A stretch of 64,000 bases of DNA. Source: Eledone cirrhosa (lineage: Eukaryota). Both the position numbers and the translations under genes were made by a program. The notes under the pieces were generated by a model, which saw only the letters and a program-made list of their open reading frames with translations, was not told the origin of the DNA and ran no database searches. Where the stretch lies: contig OZ024750.1 in assembly GCA_964016885.1 (NCBI GenBank), positions 9,176,001 through 9,240,000 on the forward strand, in the 5' to 3' direction. Shown piece after piece: positions 16,845-42,988 of this stretch (its first letter is position 1; each line of letters begins with the position of its first letter).

Positions 16845-17092
16845 TGTGTGTGACAGCTCACACCTATGCAGGTTTAGCTGGCCTCCTCCAAGGTATATCT
16901 GGTTGGAGGTGTCTTGGGTAATTTAATGATAGGGACCTCAGTCCTATCATCTCATTTCTAGAGCTGAGTAAACTGGAGCAACGTGAAACAAAGTGTCTTG
17001 CTCAAGGAAACAACACATCACCCGGTCCGACAATTGAACTCACAACCTTTCGATTGCAAGCCCAATGCTCTAACCACTAAGCCATGCGCCTT
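16845..17092 (-). mobile_element. tRNA-derived CORE-type SINE, family 2
   Basis: Reverse complement of 55213-55470. A-box TGGCTTAGTGG, B-box GAGTTCAATT, CORE-like TTTCCTTGAGCAAGACACTT, (CA)n tail. Confidence 0.85.
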
Positions 17093-17820
17093 TATTATTT
17101 GCACTAATAAAACTGATTTCCAATTTAGACACAGGGCCAACGTGACTGGTACTTTATTTTATCGGTCCCAGACAGATGAAAGGCACAGTTGACCTTAAGG
17201 AGATTATGTAGGATCAGTAATTAATTTGTAATATATTATATTCAGATGTTTATCATTCTAGAGACGAAATATAATGCAAAATTTACTAATCTAAACAAAA
17301 TAAATATTTAACAAAATAAAATACGAAAAGGTGAAATGAAATTTACAGCTTTACCTTTAGCTGGTCTTCTATAAAGCTTATGGGAGGTTTCGTGGGTTTT
17401 ATAATGATAGGGTCCTCAGTTCTATTATAAAAAGCATGTACTGTCGGGCTCAAGAACACAATTCCAGCCCAGGAATGAAACAGTTGCTCTTATCAACATT
17501 TTAACACCACAACTCAATAGGCTAAATACCTCCACGAAATAAACTACTCATAAGATCTTGAGGGTTTATTTACTACAGTAGTCGATATGTTAGATAGTAT
17601 ATTTATAGTATTATTGAAAACATGTTATACATATATATAAAACTTTTCTAAATGGATTATCTAAGAACTTCTATTATGCAAAAAAAGTCATAATTTAATT
17701 TTAACTTCGTATAGTATGCATTACAAATATTATCTACATACATTATATATATATGTGTGTGTGGGTATGTATATGTATATATATATATATATGTGTGTAT
17801 GTATATATATATGTATATAT

Positions 17821-18109
17821 ATAAAATAAAGAAAGTGTGGTAAGATATCAGGTGGAACATAACCCACCAGAGTACTCGATACTACGGGTAGTAGAGTGGG
17901 TAATATGAAAGGCTTCAGGACCCCGACGGCTGAGCTCCGGCCGTTCCGACAATTGGATCGTAACAGTTCGGATCTAGCTGTCGGAACGGCCGGAGCTCAG
18001 CCGTCGGGGTCCTGAAGCCTTTCTTATTACCCACTCTACTACCCGTAGTATCGAGTACTCTGGTGGGTTATGGTCCACCTGATATCTTACCACACTTTCT
18101 TTATTTTAT
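17821..18109. mobile_element. Palindromic element family D (~130-bp arms) embedded in (TA)n
   Basis: 17821-17951 is a near-perfect reverse complement of 17979-18109. Fragments at 5672-5722, 31190-31278, 35420-35488, 38152-38230, 50905-51025, 57745-57828 and 62420-62682. Confidence 0.85.
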
Positions 18110-23042
<4,933 letters not shown>

Positions 23043-23291
23043 CAACTTGTATTTTTTCGAATAACTATGGATATAAAGATAATTCCCGCTTTTATAAAAA
23101 AACTTGGTTAGTTTCAATTTAAAAAAAGAATGGTTGCGTTATTCCACATTGGAGAAAGACTTACCAAACTTTGTGACTAAGTAAAAAGAAAGAAAAAAAG
23201 AACCAATGCATAAAATCTATCATTAAAATATTTTAAAACAATATTGAAAATTGTGAACTGCATCATTTACATGAAACACCATATAAAAACA

Positions 23292-23328
<37 letters not shown>

Positions 23329-23549
23329 TATAGTCTGTCACACATGCGCAGCGAATAGGCAGCCATGCACACATACATATATCTATGCGAGTGTATGTAT
23401 GTATGTATGTATGTGTGTGTGAGTGCCTGTACAATATATGCATGTGAATGTATATAGTGTATGTATGCGTGAGTGTATTTACACTGTCTGCATAGTTGTA
23501 CGCACATACATACACATGCATAGATGTACGCACACATACAGATATACTA

Positions 23550-24190
<641 letters not shown>

Positions 24191-24250
24191 TATGTATACT
24201 ACACACTTGTTGAATTGTATGAAGTTAAGTTGACTTACTTTTTGTTCAGT

Positions 24251-24450
24251 NNNNNNNNNNNNNNNNNNNNNNNNNNNNNNNNNNNNNNNNNNNNNNNNNN
24301 NNNNNNNNNNNNNNNNNNNNNNNNNNNNNNNNNNNNNNNNNNNNNNNNNNNNNNNNNNNNNNNNNNNNNNNNNNNNNNNNNNNNNNNNNNNNNNNNNNNN
24401 NNNNNNNNNNNNNNNNNNNNNNNNNNNNNNNNNNNNNNNNNNNNNNNNNN
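24251..24450. other. Assembly gap (200 N)
   Basis: Run of n. Confidence 1.
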
Positions 24451-24718
24451 AGAAAGAAAGAGAGAGAGAAAAGAGGGAAATAAGAAAGAAAGAAAGACGA
24501 AACGAAGAAAAGGAAGAAAAAGAAGAAAAAGAAGAAATGCATGGGACAAAATAGAGAGATGGAAAAATAGATAAAGCGAAGAGCTTCATGTAAAGAGACC
24601 GAAAGAGATATATATATATATAGAGAGAGAGGAAATAGAGATAGATACATATATAAATATAGATATAGAAAAATTAGGTAGTGGGAGGTCATTTTGAGTA
24701 AGTGTATCAATGATGCAT

Positions 24719-24753
<35 letters not shown>

Positions 24754-25833
24754 GCTCAAGTATTAATGTAAGGGAGATATAGAGAGATATAGAGAGATAT
24801 AGAGAGAGAAAAATTTAAAAATAGCCAGACATATTCGAGGCGTAGAAAACCCTATGTTTTAATGTATTAGTATTTATAAAACTTACACTATATTGTAAAT
24901 ATCAGTATTCCTGAATGAAACAAGTATTCACAATGCGTGAAAATTCATTATCTTATGTTTAGTTTTTTTAAAAAATTCATATGTCTATGTGAATCCAACT
25001 GATTCACTCCGCAAATTCAAAGTTACCGGAAAACATTCTCAATGTGGTATAAACATTTGAGCGTATTATTATTCTTGCGATTACTCTACAAGATTATCTA
25101 TCAAGCAGAAATAGAGAGCAGATTTCAATATACTAATCGAAAATATATATTATATTATAAGCAGAGATAACAATAATAATGATAATAAGTAAAAATATAT
25201 AAAAATATAAAATATAGAATAGAAAACTAAAAAAGAATATTACGAAAGAATATTACATAATAAAAATATTGCATATTAAAAATACTATGTTTTAAAATTA
25301 TTACGTATTAAAACTTTACATATAAAAATATTAAAAATAAAAATAAAATAAAATAAAAAATAAAAATATAAAAATATTATAGAATACTACAATACTAAAA
25401 GAATAAAAATAAAAATAAAAATAAAAATAAAAATAAAAATAAAAAATAAACCACAAAGAACAACCCTTCAAGGTTAATTGACAATATATTGCCAAGTTCA
25501 CTACAAGACAAAGCCAAAAATTATCTATCAAATCACATCTAGCAAGGAATATCGCAAAAAAAAAAAGGTTATGATGTCCAATAATGTCTACATATGTTCC
25601 TATATTTAATATATAAGTTTATCAAGTGTAAGGTTAATTCATAAAATTTGGAGCATCGGCTTTTAGGGTAGCTTAATTTTTCATGAGGAATGTTTAGATA
25701 AAAATAAAAATAAAAAATAAATACAATAAAAATAAATACAATAAAATAAACAGTAAAAAGAGGGAATCAAAGATTTAGGAATCAAAAGATTTATCGGCTA
25801 GTTCTCATATAAATATAAATCAAACTAAATATA

Positions 25834-26808
25834 CTACATTTTAAATTTAAATTTATATTTAAACGTTGAGTTTAATCTATGTTTGCAACAACTGAATAAA
25901 TTTGTCCGTAGGTTAAGGGAATTTTTAGATTTTAGTATAAAGAATATCTCCTCTGCGCAGAGGTCACATGTCTCAGAGGATGAATTAAAAGGAATCCCTC
26001 TTGAGACTATATTCCAAGCCGTCGAATATCTAACGTTATCTAGCTTAAGTTGCCAGAGTACACCTGATAGTGCCGTTGAAGATTTTTTATTTGGATCTGT
26101 GAAAGAATTCTTGTGGTTATTATAGCGAAGTTTAAATTCCGTCGATGTGGAACCGACGTAGTTAAAAGAATTAGAGTCAGTATTAACATTACAATTGTAT
26201 ACTATATTTTTAACTAAGCAGTTGTTATTTAACGGACATTTAGATCTATCTCTACAGTTGCATTTGTTAACTTGTATATTATTTATGCTATTATCAGTAG
26301 TTTTTAAGTTCCTATTATTTATTCTATTAATATTTTGTGCTAAATTTTTGGTGGATGAATAGGTTAATTTAATTGTATGCCTATTGAAGATTGAGTGGTA
26401 CCTATGTGTTCTAGGGAAGCGATTATCAAGAGCTTTGAAAAATAATTTAGCGATGTGGGTTTTAATGTTTAGTGAGAAAGGGGGGGCAAACCAAATTATG
26501 TTCCTAGTTCTATTTCTTTTTTGTCCTTTGGAATTATTGTAATGCTTTCTATTATAGTTGTTAATGTTGTTGCCATAATTAAAAAAGTTGTTACTTTGTT
26601 TAGTTTGTTTATCATTATCTATGTACACAATCTTATCAGCATACCCTGCCCTAGCTAGTGCATCATTATAGTATTGGGCCTTTTCGTCAAAAATCTTTCT
26701 ATTCGACGAGATCCTAGAGATACGCTTTTGGACTGAGTTTACTATAGTGTTTTTGACAGATCTGGGGTGGTTAGAGTTAAAGTTGACATAGTTTAAGTTT
26801 TCATTCAA
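25834..26808 (-). mobile_element. Penelope-like retroelement, 5'-truncated ORF: RT thumb plus GIY-YIG endonuclease
   Basis: Thumb/linker motifs YVNFNSNHP..RISRISS..F..Y..AL..AGY and IIWFAPPFS. Then CNCx5CPLxxxCL, NIVY...YVGST..FKLRYNNH (GIY-YIG), CDLCAEE and CCKHR. Open for 324 codons. Confidence 0.9.
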
Positions 26809-26822
26809 CTTGTGAAAAGGAT

Positions 26823-27155
26823 TTTAACTACGTCGGTTCCACATCGACGGAATTTAAACTTCGCTATAATAACCACAAGAATTCTTTCACAGATCCAAAT
26901 AAAAAATCTTCAACGGCACTATCAGGTGTACTCTGGCAACTTAAGCTAGATAACGTTAGATATTCGACGGCTTGGAATATAGTCTCAAGAGGGATTCCTT
27001 TTAATTCATCCTCTGAGACATGTGACCTCTGCGCAGAGGAGATATTCTTTATACTAAAATCTAAAAATTCCCTTAACCTACGGACAAATTTATTCAGTTG
27101 TTGCAAACATAGATTAAACTCAACGTTTAAATATAAATTTAAATTTAAAATGTAG
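26823..27155 (+). mobile_element. Second, shorter copy of the PLE GIY-YIG C-terminus
   Basis: FNYVGSTSTEFKLRYNNH...FKFKM-stop, the same as the minus-strand copy. Confidence 0.9.
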
Positions 27156-28273
27156 TATATTTAGTTTGATTTATATTTATATGAGAACTAGCCGATAAAT
27201 CTTTTGATTCCTAAATCTTTGATTCCCTCTTTTTACTGTTTATTTTATTGTATTTATTTTTATTGTATTTATTTTTTATTTTTATTTTTATCTAAACATT
27301 CCTCATGAAAAATTAAGCTACCCTAAAAGCCGATGCTCCAAATTTTATGAATTAACCTTACACTTGATAAACTTATATATTAAATATAGGAACATATGTA
27401 GACATTATTGGACATCATAACCTTTTTTTTTTGCGATATTCCTTGCTAGATGTGATTTGATAGATAATTTTTGGCTTTGTCTTGTAGTGAACTTGGCAAT
27501 ATATTGTCAATTAACCTTGAAGGGTTGTTCTTTGTGGTTTATTTTTTATTTTTATTTTTATTTTTATTTTTATTTTTATTTTTATTTTTATTTTTATTCT
27601 TTTAGTATTGTAGTATTCTATAATATTTTTATATTTTTATTTTTTATTTTTTATTTTATTTTATTTTTATTTTTTATTTTTAATATTTTTATATGTAAAG
27701 TTTTAATACGTAATAATTTTAAAACATAGTATTTTTAATATGCAATATTTTTATTATGTAATATTCTTTCGTAATATTCTTTTTTAGTTTTCTATTCTAT
27801 ATTTTTATATTTTTATATATTTTTTTATATATTTTTACTTATTATCATTATTATTGTTATCTCTGCTTATAATATAATATATATTTTCGATTAGTATATT
27901 GAAATCTGCTCTCTATTTCTGCTTGATAGATAATCTTGTAGAGTAATCGCAAGAATAATAATACGCTCAAATGTTTATACCACATTGAGAATGTTTTCCG
28001 GTAACTTTGAATTTGCGGAGTGAATCAGTTGGATTCACATAGACATATGAATTTTTTAAAAAAACTAAACATAAGATAATGAATTTTCACGCATTGTGAA
28101 TACTTGTTTCATTCAGGAATACTGATATTTACAATATAGTGTAAGTTTTATAAATACTAATACATTAAAACATAGGGTTTTCTACGCCTCGAATATGTCT
28201 GGCTATTTTTAAATTTTTCTCTCTCTATATCTCTCTATATCTCTCTATATCTCCCTTACATTAATACTTGAGC

Positions 28274-28308
<35 letters not shown>

Positions 28309-28671
28309 ATGCATCATTGATACACTTACTCAAAATGACCTCCCACTACCTAATTTTTCTATATCTATATTTATATATGTATCTATCTCTATTTCCTCTC
28401 TCTCTATATATATATATATCTCTTTCGGTCTCTTTACATGAAGCTCTTCGCTTTATCTATTTTTCCATCTCTCTATTTTGTCCCATGCATTTCTTCTTTT
28501 TCTTCTTTTTCTTCCTTTTCTTCGTTTCGTCTTTCTTTCTTTCTTATTTCCCTCTTTTCTCTCTCTCTTTCTTTCTCTCTGTATTTTCACTGCTAGAGTG
28601 AACCTCTTCAAATGAAGTTGATGTTTATTACGGTATGTCGAATATATTTATCTATAAAACTGTTTATATTG

Positions 28672-28737
28672 TATTTTGTCTGATGAAGGCATAGCATATT
28701 GTTAATATGATATCCCCGAAATATATATAATGAAATA
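28672..28737 (+). ncRNA. Minimal type I hammerhead ribozyme in the PLE 3' UTR/pLTR
   Basis: Helix I TATTTTGT/ATGAAATA (8 bp, 2 G.U); CTGATGA; helix II GGCATAGCATATT/AATATGATATCCC (13 bp, 2 mismatches); GAAA; palindromic helix III ATATATAT; AUA site. Confidence 0.8.
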
Positions 28738-28869
28738 AATATGGTTTTATAAATATAGTTTTCCATTTATTTAATATTGTAAATATACTCCAAGTATTTG
28801 TCGAGTGCTTTTATATCAGTTATAAATATTTACTAGTTGTAACCCAACAATTTTAAATATAACTTTACA

Positions 28870-30735
<1,866 letters not shown>

Positions 30736-30880
30736 TGTTTCTACTTATGACACAAGGCCAGCAATTACCCAGTGTATTACTGGTACTTTATTTTATCGAC
30801 CCCATAAGCATGAAAGGCAAAGTTAACCTCGGCAGGATTTGAACTCAGAATGGCAAGGGCCGTAACTCTATGCGTCAAAA
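30736..30880 (-). mobile_element. SINE family 1 (5'-truncated)
   Basis: Reverse complement of the central domain and B-box. Confidence 0.85.
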
Positions 30881-34085
<3,205 letters not shown>

Positions 34086-34138
34086 TAAATATAAAGAACT
34101 TTTTTTAACGGCTTGTAAGTCCTTCATTCATTCATTTG

Positions 34139-34182
<44 letters not shown>

Positions 34183-34682
34183 GATATTAACCGCTTTGTC
34201 ACATTAAAGCTTTGTTGTCGTAGGTAAAGCTGTCATATTTAAAAGCGAATGTAAATTTAGCGATATATAGACATCGGTTGTAAAATTCCGTATTAAATTA
34301 ATTATATTATATATCAGTTCTTTAGATACATTTTCCATCATATAAACTTTGTTTTCCATATTCGTCATGATGAATATCAATTTTTTATCATCAATCTCAA
34401 ATTCGTCATCGACAATTACGACTTCGTCATCATCAGATTCAATTTCGTAATCGCCAACTTCAATTTCTGTTTTGTTGGTACTGTCTTCGGAATCGAAGAT
34501 ATTCTAATTCTAAAGTCTGTGGACGCAGATATAAACGGAATAAGGTTAAAGCAAAGACTCTGCAACCAAACATTAATCTATTCAAATAATAGATATTTGT
34601 TTCTACGGTTCTATATATTATACATATGCGTAACTTTTATCTCTCTCGACTTTGATATTTTGAACTTTGTACTTATGTGAAT

Positions 34683-34720
<38 letters not shown>

Positions 34721-34736
34721 ATATATATATATATAT

Positions 34737-34777
<41 letters not shown>

Positions 34778-34918
34778 CATATATATATGTATATATATAT
34801 GTATATATTTATGTATATGTATATGTGTGTGTGTGTGTGGTACATATACAAGCTGAGACTGCTAGGCCCCATTTATATATATGGGGAATACCACAGTAAG
34901 TAAGGTACTCAATACAGT

Positions 34919-35091
34919 AATTGTTTCTACTTTAGGCACAAGTCCAGCAATTCACCAGTGCATTACTGGTACTTTATTTTATCGACCCCGTAAGGATGAA
35001 AGGCAAAGTCAACCTCGGCGGGATTTGAACTCAGATCGTAAAGGGACATAACTATGCTGGAAAGCATGACGTCCGACCCTCTACCGATACT
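34919..35091 (-). mobile_element. SINE family 1 nested in a family E element
   Basis: Flanked by AATACAGT on both sides. The host sequence matches 30150-30250. Confidence 0.85.
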
Positions 35092-35322
35092 ACATTAATA
35101 CAGTGTAAATATCATGCTTAATATAGAAATGGCTTCAACAACACTAGAACTGTTTCATTTAAAAGAAATCAGCAGGAAAGCTTTCTGGTGATTTCTTTTG
35201 AATGAAACAGTTCTAATCCTGTAGAAGCCATTTCTATATTAAATATGATACATCTCCCCATGTAGCGAGTACTCACATAATTTTAGTGGTCTCCTCGCTC
35301 TCAGCACCGCAGACTCCCCCCC

Positions 35323-35401
<79 letters not shown>

Positions 35402-35542
35402 GAAAGACATGCGCCATATCCACTGTAGAGTATTGAGTACTTTGGTGCGTTATGGTCCACCTGGTTCCTTACCACATTTCCTTCGTTATATATGTATATA
35501 TATATATGTATATATTTATATATATATATATGTATATATGTG

Positions 35543-35591
<49 letters not shown>

Positions 35592-35700
35592 GTATATATA
35601 TATGTATATGTATATGTATATGTATATATATATATGTATATATATATATGTATATGTATATATATATATGTATATATATATATGTATATATATATGTATA

Positions 35701-35731
<31 letters not shown>

Positions 35732-35981
35732 TGGGGATGTATATATATATATATATATTTATGTATATATATAATGTGAGAAAAACCACACACACTCCAT
35801 CTCAAATCTACTTTTGAAAAGCAAAGAACTGCGAAACCGGTAAAGGAACCAAATAAATATATATATTTTTTAAAAAATAAGACTCCAGTTGTATTTTCGA
35901 TTTCATCTTTTTTTCTTTATACTTTCACTCGTGTAGGACACCTCGGTTATTTTTCATTCTGTAAAATAAAACTCACTTTCT

Positions 35982-37036
<1,055 letters not shown>

Positions 37037-37040
<4 letters not shown>

Positions 37041-37330
37041 TGTTATACTTGGGGAGGGTCATATTTGTGTAATATTGCCAGAATTAATAACAGAACACAC
37101 TCACTGTTTGGTTGGTTTTCGCTTTTCGCTTCTGTGTCTTTTATATCGGTTAATTTAATTTATTCGGTATATATGATATAAAAGACACTGAAGCGAAAAG
37201 CGAAAACCAACCAAACAGTGAGTGTGTTCTGTTATTAATTCTGGCAATATTACACAAATATGACCCTCCCCAAGTATAACAATATTTGTTTCGACACACG
37301 ATTTCATATCAAAAACCTCGCAAAACTAAT
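37037..37330. mobile_element. Head-to-head family A palindrome (~110-bp arms)
   Basis: 37037-37148 is the reverse complement of 37176-37286. Confidence 0.85.
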
Positions 37331-37393
37331 TCATCGCCGTTATATATATATATATATATATATACATATATATATAACTGTTATATATAACTG

Positions 37394-37463
<70 letters not shown>

Positions 37464-37638
37464 CTGTTTCTACTTTAGGCACAAGGCCAGCAATTACCCA
37501 GTGCATTACTGGTACTTTACGGGGTCGATAAAATAAAGTACCAGTAATGCACTGGGTATTTACTGGCCTTGTGCCTAAAGTAGAAACAGTTATATATATA
37601 TGTATATATATGTATATATATATATATATGTATATATG

Positions 37639-37669
<31 letters not shown>

Positions 37670-37675
37670 GTATAA

Positions 37676-37789
<114 letters not shown>

Positions 37790-38088
37790 GTGTGTGTGTG
37801 TATTCCTATATGTAAATACGATACGAGAATTGATGTGCGATCGTGTAGGTGAGGTGGGTATTCATGTTGACCCCTCTTGTCTTTTGTTCTAAGTTATATT
37901 TTCTGACTGTAGCTGACGACTGAAATATCTCGTATCTCTGAAATGGAGCAGAACATCACTAGTTATACACATACATACACATATATATATACATATATAC
38001 ATACACACATACATATATATATACATATATATATACATACATATATATACATACACACACATATATATATACATATATATATATACAT

Positions 38089-38154
<66 letters not shown>

Positions 38155-39469
38155 CGAAGGAAATGTGGTAAGGAACCAGGTGGACCATAACGCACCAAAG
38201 TACTCAATACTTAGGGTAGTAGAGTGGGTATATATATATATATATATTCGGTCGCCAAGTATGAAATTTGTAAAGATTTGTTTTTGTTTCTACAAATTTT
38301 ATACTTGACGACCCAATAGTATTTTTATTGATTTATTATGTTAAATCGAGTCAGGCAAACCATATTGTTTTAAATTAGTATTTTTCAACCTAGCTAACTA
38401 ACTTGGTCATTTGCAATTGGAACACATGTATACTTGTATCTGTGTCCATCCCTCTCATATATCCAATTATATTACACGGCTCGGAAAGATTCCCTTCTTT
38501 GAGCTATTTAGTTGTAAAAGACTATTTTGAGTTTTTAACTCAATCTATGATATATACTTCTGTGTTTATGGTGTTGATGGTATCAGAGCCTTTGGACATA
38601 TGAACTTGTTAGGAATAATTTAATGTTGTCAGCAGGAATAATCTTAATTCTCATTGGTCAGTTTGTAGATGCTAGTAGGGTTGGTATTTGACCTCAAAGA
38701 GGCAGGTGGTGTTGTAAAGTTCAAACCGTCAGGCAAGATGACAATAGTTCCATATGACTGATTTTCACAAAAAGCATTCCTGGTCAGATATACATTCAAT
38801 TGGGGTTTATAGTATGAAATTCGGTACTTCAGGTCAATCTTAAATTGAGGAATTTATGTAGGGTGGTACTACTGAAAATTATGGTTAGAGTAGAATACTA
38901 GAAAATTTACATATAAAAAGACTTATGTTGGTTGACTTGCACATATACTCACCCCCCCCCCCCACACACACACACATCCACATATACAAATTGAGGAATT
39001 TATGTGAGGTGATAATACTTAAAATAATGGTTAGGGTCAAATACTTAGAGAGTTTAGAAATAAAAAGACCTATGTTGGTTGACTTGTACATACACTCACA
39101 CCTAACCCCTCAGACACACACACATCTACACACACATACACATCTACACACACAAATCCATACAGGTGTGTATATATATGTATGCACAAATGCATATATA
39201 TATATATATATATATATACAAGTGCATATATATATACAAGTGCATATATATATATACATACATACACACACATACATACATATATACATATATATATATA
39301 TACACACACATACGTACATACATATATACACACGCACATACTTACGTGCATACATATTTACATATATATATATACACATACATATATACATGCATACATA
39401 CACACACATTTATGTACATGGGTACAAAGGTACATACATTTAAACAATTGTTGAGAAACTCACATAAAT

Positions 39470-40975
39470 ATGTGTGTGTGTGTTGGTATGTATTTATATA
39501 TAGTTGTATGTGTATGTGTGCGTGTCTGCCTGTGTGTGTTGGTATGTATTTATATATAGTTGTATGTGTATGTGTGCGTGTCTGCCTGTGTGTGTATGGG
39601 TATGTATTTATATATAGTTGTATGTGTGCGTGTCTTCTTGTGTGTGTGTTGGTATATATTTATATATAGTTGTATGTGTATGTGTGCGTGTCTTCTTGTG
39701 TGTGTGTTGGTATATATTTATATATAGTTGTATGTGTATGTGTGCGTGTCTGCTTGTGTGTGTGTTGGTATATATTTATATATAGTTGTATGTGTATGTG
39801 TGCGTGCCTGCTTGTGTGTGTGTGTTGGTATATATTTATATATAGTTGTATGTGTATGTGTGTGTGTCTGCTTGTGTGTGTGTGTTGGTATATATTTATA
39901 TATAGTTGTATGTGTATGTGTGCGTGTCTGCTTGTGTGTGTGTGTTGGTATATATTTATATATAGTTGTATGTGTATGTGTGTGTGTCTGCTTGTGTGTG
40001 TGTGTTGGTATATATTTATATATAGTTGTATGTGTGCGTGTCTGCTTGTGTGTGTGTGTTGGTATATATTTATATATAGTTGTATGTGTATGTGTGCGTG
40101 TCTTCTTGTGTGTGTGTTGGTATATATTTATATATAATTGTATGTGTATGTGTGCGTGTCTGCTTGTGTGTGTGTGTTGGTATATATTTATATATAGTTG
40201 TATGTGTATGTGTGCGTGTCTTTTTGTGTGTGTGTTGGTATATATTTATATATAGTTGTATGTGTGCGTGTCTGCTTGTGTGTGTGTGTTGGTATATATT
40301 TATATATAGTTGTATGTGTATGTGTGCGTGTCTTCTTGTGTGTGTGTTGGTATATATTTATATATAGTTGTATGTGTATGTGTGCGTGTCTGCTTGTGTG
40401 TGTGTGTTGGTATATATTTATATATAGGTGTATGTGTGTGTGTCTGCTTGTGTGTGTGTGTTGGTATATATTTATATATAGTTGTATGTGTGCGTGTCTG
40501 CTTGTGTGTGTGTGTTGGTATATATTTATATATAGTTGTATGTGTATATGTGCGTGTCTTCTTGTGTGTGTGTTGGTATATATTTATATATAATTGTATG
40601 TGTATGTGTGCGTGTCTGCTTGTGTGTGTGTGTTGGTATATATTTATATATAGTTGTATGTGTATGTGTGCGTGTCTTTTTGTGTGTGTGTTGGTATATA
40701 TTTATATATAGTTGTATGTGTGCGTGTCTGCTTGTGTGTGTGTGTTGGTATATATTTATATATAGTTGTATGTGTATGTGTGCGTGTCTTCTTGTGTGTG
40801 TGTTGGTATATATTTATATATAGTTGTATGTGTATGTGTGCGTGTCTGCTTGTGTGTGTGTGTTGGTATATATTTATATATAGTTGTATGTGTATGTGTG
40901 TGTGTCTGCTTATGTGTGTATGGATATGTATTTATATATAGTTGTATCTGTGCGTGACTGCTTGTGTCTGTATGG
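39470..40975. repeat. ~54-60-bp minisatellite (GTTGGTATATATTTATATATAGTTGTATGTGTATGTGTGCGTGTCTGCTT(GT)n), about 25 copies
   Basis: Regular tandem units. Confidence 0.96.
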
Positions 40976-41536
40976 GTATGTATTTACATATAGTTGTGTG
41001 TACGTAAGTGTGTGTATGTGTGAGGGCGTGTGTATTTATGTATATGTATGAAGGTGTGGGAGGATGTGTATTTATATGAAGTTGTGCGTGTGTGTATGTG
41101 TGAGAGTATGAGTATATATATATATATATGTAGGTATATGTATATGTGAGGCTGTGAATATATATATGTGTGTGTGTATGTGTATGTATGAGGGTGTGGG
41201 AGGGTGTGTATTTATATGTAGCTTTGTGCGTGTGAGGGTGTGAGTATCTGTATGTGTGTGTATGTGTGTGTGAGGGTGTGAGTGTGTGTGTGTGAGGGTG
41301 TGAGTATCTATATGTGTGTGTATGTGTATGTGTGAGGGTGTATATATGTATATATATATGTAGTTATCTGTGAGGGTGTGAGTATCTATATATATATATA
41401 TAATGTGTGTGTATATGTATATGTGAAGGTGTGAGTATCTCTATATATATATGTGTGTGTGTGTATATATGTATATGTGAAGGTGTGTTTATCTATATAT
41501 ATATGTGTGTGTGTATATGTATGTGTGAGGGTGTGA

Positions 41537-41580
<44 letters not shown>

Positions 41581-42648
41581 GTTTCTACTTTTGGCACAAG
41601 GCCAGCAATTAACCAGTACATTACTGGTACTTTATTTTATCGACCCCATAAGGATGAAAATGTGTGTGTATATGTATGTGTGAGGGTGTGAGTATATATA
41701 TATATATATATATATATAATGTGTGTGTATATGTATGTGTGAGTGTGTGAGTATCTATATATATATATATGTGAGGGTGTGAGTATCTATATATATATAT
41801 ATATATAATGTGTGTGTATATGTATGTGTGAGGGTGTGAGTATATATATATATATGTGTATATGTATATATATATATATATATATAATGTGTGTGTATAT
41901 GTATGTGTGAGTGTGTGAGTATCTATATATATATATATATATATGTGTATATGTATGTGTGAGTGTGTGAGTATCTATATATATATATATGTGTATGTGT
42001 GCGTGTGTGAGTATCTATCTATATATATATATATGTGTGTGTGTATATGTATGTGTGAGTGTGTGAGTATATATATATATGTGTGTGTGTATGTATATGT
42101 GAGTGTGTGAGTATCTATATATATATATATATAATGTGTGTGTATATGTATGTGTGAGTGTGTGAGTATATATCTATATATATATATATATGTGTGTGTA
42201 TATGTATGTGTGAGTGTGTGAGTATATATATGTGTGTGTGTATGTATATGTGAGTGTGTGCTTGTATCATGTTTACAGATAAGGCTTTCTACCTGAAGTT
42301 ATTTATTTCGTTGGCAGCCGTGTAAGTAGACAGATCCATAATCGATTTTCTCACAATTATGTGTGTGTGTATGTTTGTATGTGTGTGTGTGTGCGTGTGT
42401 ATTTGTGTACGTATGTAAGTATGTGTGTGTGTGTATGCGTATGTGTGTGTGCGTATGTATATAGGTGTATGTATGTATTTTGTATGTATGTATATATATA
42501 TGTGTATTTACGTATATATATTTATATTTATATATATATATATGTATGTACGTATATATATATATACATACATATATGTATGTATGTACGTATATATGCA
42601 TATATATATATATATGTGTGTATATATATATATATATATGTGTGTGTG

Positions 42649-42695
<47 letters not shown>

Positions 42696-42730
42696 GTGTG
42701 TATGTATATATATATATATATGTGTGTGTG

Positions 42731-42777
<47 letters not shown>

Positions 42778-42816
42778 GTGTGTATGTATATATATATATA
42801 TGTGTGTGTGTGTATG

Positions 42817-42847
<31 letters not shown>

Positions 42848-42921
42848 ATGTATATATATGTGTGTGTGTGTATGTATATATATGTGTGTGTATGTATATA
42901 TATATATGTGTGTGTGTGTGT

Positions 42922-42988
<67 letters not shown>

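Larger units (their letters stand above)
24451..28576. repeat. ~1.7-kb-arm inverted repeat formed by two head-to-head Penelope-like copies
   Basis: 24451-26167 is the reverse complement of 26822-28576, apart from small indels in A/T tracts. Confidence 0.95.

Noticed and set aside
25883-26125. 80-aa ORF duplicated at 26864-27106
   Set aside because: Antisense shadow of the PLE endonuclease ORF.
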